Positions 9,251 to 16,479 of a stretch of 32,000 nucleotides of DNA are shown here, in pieces. Below the pieces are notes generated by a model, which had not been told where the DNA came from, did no database searches, and saw nothing but the letters and a program-made list of their open reading frames with translations. Within the stretch, counting starts at the first letter, position 1; every line of letters starts with the position of its first letter. The DNA comes from an uncultured Chloroflexia bacterium (GTDB lineage: Bacteria; Chloroflexota; Anaerolineae; Anaerolineales; Anaerolineaceae). Where the stretch lies: the NCBI GenBank assembly GCA_963704755.1, contig OY969938.1, forward strand, positions 4,290,001 to 4,322,000. The letters run 5' to 3'. The translations under genes were made by a program, and so were the position numbers.

Positions 9251-9310
9251 GCAAAGCTCCCCTTCCCCCGTTCTGGGGGAAGGGGCCGGGGGATGAGGGC
9301 AGAGCGCCGG
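9251..9310 (+). repeat. C/G-rich hairpin repeat unit U2
   Basis: Sequence gcaaagctccccttcccccgttctgggggaaggggccgggggatgagggcagagcgccgg. The hairpin is ccccttccccc / gggggaagggg with loop gttct. Confidence 0.65.
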
Positions 9311-9354
9311 TCGCTTCAAAGCACAATTCGAAAAGCCAGGCACTGGAATTGTGA

Positions 9355-9382
9355 TTGAATTTTAAATAAACCGGCTTATAAT
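9355..9382 (+). promoter_or_regulatory. Putative promoter of the TetR gene
   Basis: TTGAAT (9355-9360), a 16-nt spacer, then TATAAT (9377-9382). The -10 lies inside the palindrome below. Confidence 0.5.
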
Positions 9383-9408
9383 ATATGTAAGTACTTACTT
9401 ATATTATA
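9377..9408. promoter_or_regulatory. 32-bp near-perfect palindrome, candidate TetR operator
   Basis: tataatatatgtaagt|acttacttatattata has 15 of 16 positions symmetric. The central 12-mer GTAAGTACTTAC is a perfect palindrome. It overlaps the -10 and the predicted start site upstream of the TetR gene. Confidence 0.6.
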
Positions 9409-9504
9409 GAGTACGTTTATATTTTATTGCACCAATTCAGTCTCCTGGTAAAAAGTCCCCTCAAGTTCGGGGTTCCTCCCAGTCGGGTTGCGCAAGTACA
9501 TTTT

Positions 9505-10140
9505 ATGATGAACCGGAAGGGTAACCCTGCAATGGCTTCAGTACCTTCATCTGCACGGACCGAAAAGACCCACGAGCGAATTTTATTGGCTGCGGCAGAA
9601 ATATTTACCCACAGCGGATACAGCGCCACGACGACCCGTGGGATCGCAGCGGCGGCCGGGGTGAGCGAATTGACCCTGTTCCGCCACTTCGGCAGCAAGC
9701 AAAATTTGTTTTCGGCCGTGATCACCCGCTTCTCCCCGCTACCGGGCCTGGTGGACCTGTTCGAGAGCCGGTTGACCTGGGATTTTTGCGCCGACCTGAC
9801 CCTGATCGGCCAAACCTTTCTGGAAGCCCTCTTGCTGCGCAAGGAAGCGATCGTGATGGCGCTGTTCGAGGCCCAACGCCAGGAGGACGTTCGCCGGGCG
9901 AACCTGGCCGTGCCGGCCCAGATCCGCGGGCTGATGGCGGATTACCTGCGAGAGCAAATCCGGCGGGGAGTGGTCCGGCCGGTAGATGCCGAAGCGGCCG
10001 CGCAAGCCTTCCTGGGGATGTTCCTGGCCTATGCCCTCAGCGGGCAGGCCGGTGAACAACCCCAGAGCGAAAACGCGCTGTCTTTGTTTGTGGAAATCTT
10101 TAACCGTGGAGTGATCTGCGAAAAAAGTCCTCAAATTTGA
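9505..10140 (+). CDS. TetR/AcrR family transcriptional regulator
   Basis: The N-terminal HTH is ERILLAAAEIFTHSGYSATTTRGIAAAAGVSELTLFRHFGSKQNLF. The start is uncertain: in-frame ATGs lie at 9505, 9508 and 9532, and the ORF track start at 9427 is probably too early. Confidence 0.88.
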   Translation: MMNRKGNPAMASVPSSARTEKTHERILLAAAEIFTHSGYSATTTRGIAAAAGVSELTLFRHFGSKQNLFSAVITRFSPLPGLVDLFESRLTWDFCADLTLIGQTFLEALLLRKEAIVMALFEAQRQEDVRRANLAVPAQIRGLMADYLREQIRRGVVRPVDAEAAAQAFLGMFLAYALSGQAGEQPQSENALSLFVEIFNRGVICEKSPQI

Positions 10141-10242
10141 GGCTTGTGCAGCATTTTAAAATGTAAAGCTTTAAATTCGAGTTATTACTCAATTTGCTAG
10201 ATCGTCATATAAAAAAGTTGGCAAAGGGAAAGGAAACAAGCC

Positions 10243-10743
10243 ATGTACCCACCCATGAATTTCATTTTTTGGGAATTCGTTGCAGCCTATGTCGTGCATA
10301 TCCTGGAAGAGTCCGTTTTGGGCGAGAATTTCGTGCACAAGTTGCAAACGAAATTCTTCCCGGCCTATACCTGGGGCAAGTTCTTCGGGTTCAACACCAT
10401 CTTGCTCTTGGCCAATGCCATTGCAATAATATTGTTCGAAAACTACGCCGGGGGTTGGGTGGTGCTGCCCCTGGGGCTGGCCATTGAGCGGACCCTGAAC
10501 GGATTCTGGCACCTGGGCGAGACGGTGATTACCCGCAAGTTTTCCTCGGGGCTGCTGGCCAGCACCCTGACCTGGATATTGTTCTATCTGTTGGCGCGCT
10601 ATTATCTGCTGGTTGGCGAAGTCAGCCTCGGCCAGTTCTGGATTGCACTTGCCATTGGGGCAATAATCGAGACGTTGATGTTTGCGACCATGTTCATCGT
10701 CCGCGCCAAAACCATGCCACAATTGTCGAAAATTGATGCCTGA
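10243..10743 (+). CDS. HXXEE domain-containing integral membrane protein
   Basis: 166 aa with about 5 TM helices. The HILEE motif sits in the first helix (FVAAYVVHILEESVLGE). Confidence 0.8.
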   Translation: MYPPMNFIFWEFVAAYVVHILEESVLGENFVHKLQTKFFPAYTWGKFFGFNTILLLANAIAIILFENYAGGWVVLPLGLAIERTLNGFWHLGETVITRKFSSGLLASTLTWILFYLLARYYLLVGEVSLGQFWIALAIGAIIETLMFATMFIVRAKTMPQLSKIDA

Positions 10744-10799
10744 AAGCGGGAATGACAATCCTTTTCTTGAGAAAGCCATTGGGGACGGAAACGAGGCTA

Positions 10800-10828
10800 T
10801 TGATTTAATAGAAATAAAGTTCTATAAT
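10800..10828 (+). promoter_or_regulatory. Putative promoter of the transglycosylase gene
   Basis: TTGATT (10800-10805), a 17-nt spacer, then TATAAT (10823-10828), about 38 nt upstream of the ATG. Confidence 0.5.
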
Positions 10829-10865
10829 ATCCATTAACCTCTCTGATTTGGTCAATGGATAAGCA

Positions 10866-11450
10866 ATGAATGTTCAAAAAGCTATTTTTCCGGCGGTGGT
10901 GGTAGGCGCATTGATGGTCGTTGGGTTGATAAGGTTGGTCATCCGGCCGAATTTGCAAGTGCGGGCCTCCAGCCCAGGTGTTGTGGCCTCATCGGAGGCG
11001 GACCAATCCCAGGCGGCAGACGGTGGGAATAGTTCCTGCAGCCTGGCGTCTTCCTACCCGACGGACGTCAGCCGCTGGTGCGACTGGATCGAGCAGAACG
11101 CCAACCAGTTTGGCATCGACCCGAACCTGGTCGCGGCTTTGATCCTGCAGGAATCGGGCGGGAACCCCCAGGCCTATTCGCGCAGCGGGGCGGCCGGTTT
11201 AATGCAGGTGATGCCGCGGGATGGCATCGCGGCCGGTTTTGACTGTGTCAATGGACCTTGCTTCAGCAGCCGGCCCAGAACGGATGAACTTCTTGATCCC
11301 CAGTTCAATATCCAATTTGGGGTAAAAATGCTGGCCGGGCTAATCCAAAAAACAGGGGACATCCGCGAGGCATTGCGCGCTTACGGCCCCATGGATGTTG
11401 GTTATAGCTATGCCGACCTGGTGCTCAGCATCTACCAGAATTACCGCTAG
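10866..11450 (+). CDS. Membrane-anchored lytic transglycosylase (SLT domain)
   Basis: An N-terminal TM anchor, then LVAALILQESGGNPQAYSRSGAAGLMQVMP (catalytic E-S, GLMQ) and the downstream Y motif. Confidence 0.85.
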   Translation: MNVQKAIFPAVVVGALMVVGLIRLVIRPNLQVRASSPGVVASSEADQSQAADGGNSSCSLASSYPTDVSRWCDWIEQNANQFGIDPNLVAALILQESGGNPQAYSRSGAAGLMQVMPRDGIAAGFDCVNGPCFSSRPRTDELLDPQFNIQFGVKMLAGLIQKTGDIREALRAYGPMDVGYSYADLVLSIYQNYR

Positions 11451-11467
11451 GCACCCATCCGAAAAAA

Positions 11468-11518
11468 TATGCGGGGATTGTTTTGGAAGGCTTCGCCTCC
11501 CAAAACAATCCCCGCATA
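11468..11518 (-). terminator. Long hairpin with a GCTTCGC apex (H4), probably the terminator of the M32 gene
   Basis: tatgcggggattgttttggaagg / cctcccaaaacaatccccgcata form a 23-bp stem with 1 mismatch. The apex is ggcttcgcc. The A6 run on the + strand at 11462-11467 is a T-run for the minus-strand transcript. Confidence 0.7.
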
Positions 11519-11522
11519 GACA

Positions 11523-13091
11523 TTAATTCAAACCGTAGATAGCGCCGAACTTCTCGTTCATATAGCGCAGGTACGGCTCGACTCGGATCTCAGAGGTACC
11601 GACGACTTTTTCCAAGGTTTCTTTGGGGGTGAACTTACGCCCATAGCGATGCAGGTTTTCGCGTAGCCACTCACGCAGGGTTAAAAAGTCGCCTTGTTCG
11701 AATCGTTCGTACAGGTCAGGGATGGCCTGCAAGACCTTCTCCCAGACCTGGACCGAAATGATATTGCCAAGCTGGTAAGTGGGGAAATAGCCAAACTGCC
11801 CGCTGGACCAGTGGATGTCTTGCAGCACACCCAGGGAATTGTTGGGCACAGCGATGCCCATGTATTCCTTGAAGCGAGCGTTCCAGGCTTCGGGTACGTC
11901 TTTGACGGCCACTTCACCATTGAGCATCGCCTGTTCTAACTCGAACCGCAGGATGATGTGCAGACCATAGGTCGCTTCATCGGCTTCGACCCGGATGAAA
12001 GAGGGCTTGATGGTATTCATAGACCGGTAGAAATCTTCACTGCTGGCGTTGATGAAATGTTCGGGGTAGGTGTCTTTCAACATGGGGTAGAAGTATTTCC
12101 AGAAAGCGCGGCTGCGGCCGACCAGGTTTTCCCACAGGCGGCTTTGGGATTCATGGATGGCGAAAGAAGCCCCCCTGGCCAGGATGGTGCGTTCCAGGTT
12201 CAGATCCACCCCGCTCTCATATAGGCCATGGCCGCACTCGTGCATGGATCCCCATAGAGCTGGTCCCAAATGATCCTCGTAGTAACGGGTGGAAATGCGG
12301 ATGTCCTGGATGCCCGAGCCGCTTGTGAAAGGATGCACGGTGGGATCGAGCCGCCAGGAATCCAGGTCGAAGCCAAAACGCCTGATGATTTTCAAGCAAA
12401 ATTCGAGCTGCCTGGCCGGCGGGAAATGACCCCGCAGCAGTGCATCGGATACACGGCTTGTTTTTGCGTTCGCGCCAGCGATGAGCGGAACAAGCCCTTG
12501 TTTGAGTGCTTCGAAAATAACCTTGACCTCGGCCGTGGTGCGGCCCTTCTCGAAATCATTCAAAAGGACATCATAAGGGTCTTGAGTGGGCGGAAAGCAA
12601 GCGATGTAGCGGTGTTTCAACTCCAACTGCTTTTCAAGCACGGGCTGGAAGATCGAAAAGTCGCCTTTGGCGCGTGCTGCGACCCAAACCGGGTTGGCGT
12701 TGGCCGAGACACGGGTCATCTCGGCTTGTAATTCACCCGGCACCTGGACGGCTTTCTCATAATCCGACCGGGCCACCCGGATCAAGCTGGCGTCATCCGA
12801 TTCATATGGCAAACTTTGTTCGTAAGGTCTCAAATCTTCCAGGAGTTTGCCCATTTCATCACAAGTTAATTTCTGGTGGGCAACTTTCTGTAACGTAGCC
12901 AATTGTTCTGCGCGTACAGCCGCGCCTTTGACGGGCATCATGACGCGCTCATCCCAATGCAGCACAGCGGCGGCCTGGGTCAGATCATGGATTTCGTATA
13001 GGCAATTCTTGAGTTCTTCAAATTTAGGTTCCACAGAATTTCCTCGGTTTGGATGTTTTTTCGCTGAATTTTCAGTTATTTTTGGAATCAA
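11523..13091 (-). CDS. Carboxypeptidase M32 (thermostable carboxypeptidase 1 / Taq type)
   Basis: HECGHGLYE (HEXXH), VHPFTSG (HPF), DIRISTRY, IHESQSRLWEN and GLHIILRFELE. The exact start is uncertain. Confidence 0.92.
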   Translation of the reverse strand: MIPKITENSAKKHPNRGNSVEPKFEELKNCLYEIHDLTQAAAVLHWDERVMMPVKGAAVRAEQLATLQKVAHQKLTCDEMGKLLEDLRPYEQSLPYESDDASLIRVARSDYEKAVQVPGELQAEMTRVSANANPVWVAARAKGDFSIFQPVLEKQLELKHRYIACFPPTQDPYDVLLNDFEKGRTTAEVKVIFEALKQGLVPLIAGANAKTSRVSDALLRGHFPPARQLEFCLKIIRRFGFDLDSWRLDPTVHPFTSGSGIQDIRISTRYYEDHLGPALWGSMHECGHGLYESGVDLNLERTILARGASFAIHESQSRLWENLVGRSRAFWKYFYPMLKDTYPEHFINASSEDFYRSMNTIKPSFIRVEADEATYGLHIILRFELEQAMLNGEVAVKDVPEAWNARFKEYMGIAVPNNSLGVLQDIHWSSGQFGYFPTYQLGNIISVQVWEKVLQAIPDLYERFEQGDFLTLREWLRENLHRYGRKFTPKETLEKVVGTSEIRVEPYLRYMNEKFGAIYGLN

Positions 13092-13324
13092 CCCTTATCG
13101 GCAGCAGAAGGGTTATTTGGGCAAGGTGGAGCTCGTAAATCCGCTGCCCGGGACTTATTTTACTGCCACATTGGGCGGGAAAAAGCGAATATTCCTTCGA
13201 TTTTAGAATTCTATGAAAACTTTTCAGCTAAACAGGTCCCTGCTTGGTCGTTATTCGCCTGAGCCGGAGTGGTTACAATCGATGTAAGGAACTGCTTCGA
13301 ATTTCAGTTACAATTCAAACGCAT

Positions 13325-14329
13325 ATGAAGCAAAAACGGTTTTGGGCTATTCTTTTGATCGTTCTCCTGGTAGGGCTTGGGTGTGCTTTACCTGCTTCCT
13401 GGCGGCCGTCCACACCGGAGCCGACCCAGCCGGCCGGGACCGGCGATTTTCCCTCAGCGGCCTTGAAAGCCCAGGCCTCCCTGGCGAATGACCTGGGTGT
13501 GAGCGTGGGGGATGTGGAAATCAGCGATTTTAAATCCAGCCATTGGAGTGATTCCTGCCTGGAGGCTCCCAACCCGGGCGAGACCTGCACGTCGGTGGAA
13601 ACCCCTGGCTGGACGATCACCTTGAAATATGGGGGATCCACTTATATATATCACAGTGACCAGCCTGGAGATAACCTGCGGAGGGTTCAGGGCGTGGTGG
13701 ATCCTGGGCCGATCGCTTTGCAATCAGTCCAGTTACTGGCCGGGTTGATGGGTTACAACCCGGAGGCCGTGCAAATTCTTTCCGAAACGCCAACCACTTT
13801 TCAAGATACCTGTCTCGGCCTGGTGACCCCCGGATTGACCTGTGAGGTCATCCCTTCTCGGGGTGAAATCGTCCGCTTGCAGGCCAATGATATGGTTTTC
13901 GAGTTGCGCAGCCAAAATGACCCGATCGATCCGGTGGTGGCCGAGATCCAGGGGGTCTCCACAGCTTCAGCGGCGATCACCTGGACGCGGCTGTCGAGCG
14001 GGTCGGGGCAATGTTCCAACCTGGTCGTTTATCCTAATAATGTGGTCATCCATTACGACTGCGGCACCGCCAGTGGCCGTGAACCAAGTATCGCTACTCT
14101 GACCCCCGAGCAGCAAAGCCAGCTATTGAAATGGTTCGTCAGCATCCAGAAATTTGATTACACCCAGGGTGTAACCAACGGTGATTCGGCCCGGCTGTAT
14201 TTCAGCAGTATCGGCAAAGTGCCGCCCACGGATGCGCAAAAAGCCCTAATTTTCCAATACACCAACACTTTGGTTCAGAACCTGTTTTTGTCCCAGCCGA
14301 CCCCGTCCACACTTAATTTTGGGCCATAA
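13325..14329 (+). CDS. Secreted or lipid-anchored hypothetical protein with internal Cys-pair repeats
   Basis: Starts at ATG 13325 (MKQKRFWAILLIVLLVGLGCALPAS, a signal peptide with a lipobox-like GLGC). There are two tandem ~60 aa repeats of pattern W/F-x-D-x-CL-x(4-5)-PG-x2-C...G-x-I-x-L. Confidence 0.7.
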   Translation: MKQKRFWAILLIVLLVGLGCALPASWRPSTPEPTQPAGTGDFPSAALKAQASLANDLGVSVGDVEISDFKSSHWSDSCLEAPNPGETCTSVETPGWTITLKYGGSTYIYHSDQPGDNLRRVQGVVDPGPIALQSVQLLAGLMGYNPEAVQILSETPTTFQDTCLGLVTPGLTCEVIPSRGEIVRLQANDMVFELRSQNDPIDPVVAEIQGVSTASAAITWTRLSSGSGQCSNLVVYPNNVVIHYDCGTASGREPSIATLTPEQQSQLLKWFVSIQKFDYTQGVTNGDSARLYFSSIGKVPPTDAQKALIFQYTNTLVQNLFLSQPTPSTLNFGP

Positions 14330-14453
14330 GGGGGTGGTAGTAGCAATTGTTACTGCACCTAAAGGTCCACGAAGACCAACCTTTGTGGGTCTCGATCGGG
14401 GTTGGCTGGTTTGTAAGTTAGCTTAGTAAGTGTAGATACACCGGGTATGGTAG

Positions 14454-14478
14454 CTCGGCTTTCAAAGCCGAGGTTTTT
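14454..14478 (+). terminator. Intrinsic terminator 125 nt downstream of the 13325..14329 gene
   Basis: 7-bp stem ctcggct / agccgag with a 5-nt loop, then gTTTTT. Confidence 0.7.
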
Positions 14479-14513
14479 GGGGTGGGCGCGTTTGTCCTCT
14501 ATCCTGGCTTTCC

Positions 14514-14542
14514 TTGACCGTTTAGCTGCTTGAAAGTAAAAT
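14514..14542 (+). promoter_or_regulatory. Putative promoter of the tRNA-Gly transcription unit
   Basis: TTGACC (14514-14519), a 17-nt spacer, then TAAAAT (14537-14542). Confidence 0.55.
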
Positions 14543-14554
14543 ATGTACACTTAG

Positions 14555-14606
14555 CGCGGGAGTCGCCAGGTGGTTAGGCAGTGGCTTTCCAAGCTAGATT
14601 CGGTTC
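14555..14606 (+). pseudogene. tRNA-like 5' half (acceptor 5' strand, D arm, anticodon arm with a UCC loop); it lacks the T arm and the 3' acceptor strand
   Basis: gcgggag tc gcc aggtggtta ggc a gtggc tttccaa gctag, then attcggttc, which runs straight into the intact tRNA. No ctcccgc partner exists downstream. Confidence 0.45.
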
Positions 14607-14677
14607 GCGGGCATAGCACAGTGGTAGTGCGGTAGCCTTCCAAGCTATTTAGACGGGTTCGATTCCCGTTGCCCGCT
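14607..14677 (+). tRNA. tRNA-Gly (anticodon UCC), CCA not encoded
   Basis: Manual cloverleaf: gcgggca ta gcac agtggta gtgc g gtagc cTTCCaa gctat ttag acggg ttcgatt cccgt tgcccgc t. All stems pair, with one G-U. The T loop is TTCGATT and the discriminator is U. Confidence 0.9.
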
Positions 14678-14821
14678 CAAAAATTAAATCGATCGCTGAC
14701 AAAATCTAAATAACGCTGAGTTCCCTCTAGGATCAGGTCTGCAAAGAAGAGCACAGGGAAGTTCTTCTGTTTTGTTTCTCTTGTGGAAGCAATGGCAAAG
14801 GATTGATCCGAAGGGGGATAG

Positions 14822-15316
14822 ATGCCTGACGGAAAAACCAGTAAAGGGTGCAGCAAGACAGTCGGTGTAATAATGCTGGTTCTTTTTGCGTTTTGCGGGT
14901 TGATTGCTCTGTGCGGAATCGTTTCCCCAGTTTTATTCCCGACGCCAATACCTCCTGTCTTATTGGCTTCAGCCACCCGGTTGGAAAGAACCCACACACC
15001 TTCGTTTACAGCCTCAGTTAAAGTAATTTCGCCGACATCGACCGATACGCAAACAACTACGCCTCCGCCTACATTTACCGAAGCGACAAAAAATACCGCA
15101 ACATTATTTCCTACCCATACAGTTCGCGCAACGGATACACGCTGGCCAACAGTTACTGCCAAACCGTCTAGCGGTGGAAATTCTAGTAGTAGCAATTATC
15201 CATCCGGTGTCAGTGCGGTCTGCCGGGATGGATCTTATAGTTATTCACAACATCGCAGGGGAACTTGCTCTCACCATGGCGGTGTTGCCTTCTGGGTCAA
15301 CCCGCCGCCAAATTGA
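14822..15316 (+). CDS. Membrane-anchored DUF3761 domain protein
   Basis: An N-terminal TM, a Thr/Pro-rich linker, and a C-terminal CRDGSYSYSQHRRGTCSHHGGVAFWV, which matches the DUF3761 signature. Confidence 0.8.
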   Translation: MPDGKTSKGCSKTVGVIMLVLFAFCGLIALCGIVSPVLFPTPIPPVLLASATRLERTHTPSFTASVKVISPTSTDTQTTTPPPTFTEATKNTATLFPTHTVRATDTRWPTVTAKPSSGGNSSSSNYPSGVSAVCRDGSYSYSQHRRGTCSHHGGVAFWVNPPPN

Positions 15317-15363
15317 AAAAATGTAACTGCTCGGCCCTATCAGGTTGAGCAATTACATTTTTT
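15316..15363. terminator. AT-rich bidirectional hairpin between the convergent DUF3761 and ADH genes
   Basis: aaaaaatgtaactgctc / gagcaattacatttttt with 1 mismatch and a 14-nt loop. Confidence 0.5.
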
Positions 15364-15364
15364 C

Positions 15365-16310
15365 CTAATTTTCCATGATTAATACTGCTCTGAAATGAAC
15401 TTTTGAGTTAAGCATTTTTTCATACGCCAGATCAATTTCTTCCAGAGGAAATGTCTCTATCATTGGGCGGACATTTGAGTGCAGGCTGAAATAGATGGCG
15501 TCTTTCTTCGATTCGAAATGAATTCGGCAGCCAGGCTTGTATGCTGCGTCTGCCGAACAACTGCCTGGTGGAAAGTTGAACGGTCCCATCAATTCCGGCT
15601 AAGATCATCAGCTTGCCGTCCAGGCCGAGGCCGTCCAGCAGGTCGGAGATGGCTTTGCTATTCGGCGCAGTCGCGAGAATGGCTTTCGCGCCACCCAAAT
15701 TTTGCAATGCCTCGGATACGTTTTCACTGGCGGCGTCGATGTATACCTGGGAGCCCAGCTTTTCGGCCAGGTCTTTTTTGTCGGCCCCTCTCGAAATGGC
15801 GACGACCCGAAACCCCATTTTGTCCGCGTACTGGAGGGCCAGATGCCCAAGCCCGCCGATGCCCTGGACCGCGACGACATCGCCGGGCTGCGCGCCGGAA
15901 TTTTGCAGTGCGTCGAAGGTGGTTACCCCCGCGCACAGCAGCGGAGCGGTCTCCATCGCATCCAATTCGGCGGGTATCGTCACCAGTTCGTCTGCGCGGG
16001 TGACCATGTATTCGGCAAAGCCGCCGTCGTAGCTGATTCCGGCGGGCCAGCCCACGCCGACGCGCTGCCCGGTCTCGTATCCGCTGACGCCGGGCCCGGT
16101 TTTATCGATCAGGCCGACGATCTCGTGCCCAGGGATGCGTGGATAAGTAAGGCCCGGGTAACGGCCGCCCGCCTTGACGATATCATCGCCGCGGCAGACG
16201 CCACAGGCGAGGACTTTGACCCGCACCTGGCCCTCTGCGGGCTCGGGAATTCTTCTCTCAACGAGTTCAAACCGGCCTCCCGGTGTGCTCACTTGAATTG
16301 CTTTCATCAT
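15365..16310 (-). pseudogene. Zn-dependent alcohol dehydrogenase (MDR family) with a +1 frameshift near 15516-15521
   Basis: The start MMKAIQV at 16310 is preceded by AAGGAGG. Motifs are GVCRGD, GHEIVG and GIGGLGHLALQYA. After ...GRRSIQAWLPNS the conserved C-terminus (FESKKDAIYFSLHSNVRPMIETFPLEEIDLAYEKMLNSKVHFRAVLIMEN) continues in the frame of ORF 15365..15592. One extra T in the run tcaTTTcg would explain the shift. Confidence 0.8.
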
Positions 16311-16479
16311 GACGTCCTCCTTGTTCGAATCGATCGTCCTGTTTCGATCTGTCATCGCTCATCCCTACGGTGACTTTTTTACCAAAAGTAGTTACGGCTT
16401 CCTATCCCAAACTACCCATTTTAAGCGCTGGCTTCCGCGGGAATGAAGCGAACTTTGGTTATTCAAAAAACGACACGAA

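Noticed and set aside
9046-9354. 102-aa ORF in the treS-tetR spacer, with overlapping minus-strand ORFs at 8997-9326 and 9071-9343
   Set aside because: They span the tandem and hairpin repeats, have no RBS, have repeat-derived composition, and overlap each other on both strands.
10129-10142. 14-bp perfect palindrome CCTCAAATTTGAGG overlapping the TetR stop codon, reminiscent of the GAATTTGAGGTG family arms
   Set aside because: It is too short and the arm order is reversed relative to the family. It has no loop and no GCGAAGC apex, so similarity may be coincidental. It is also not followed by a T-run.
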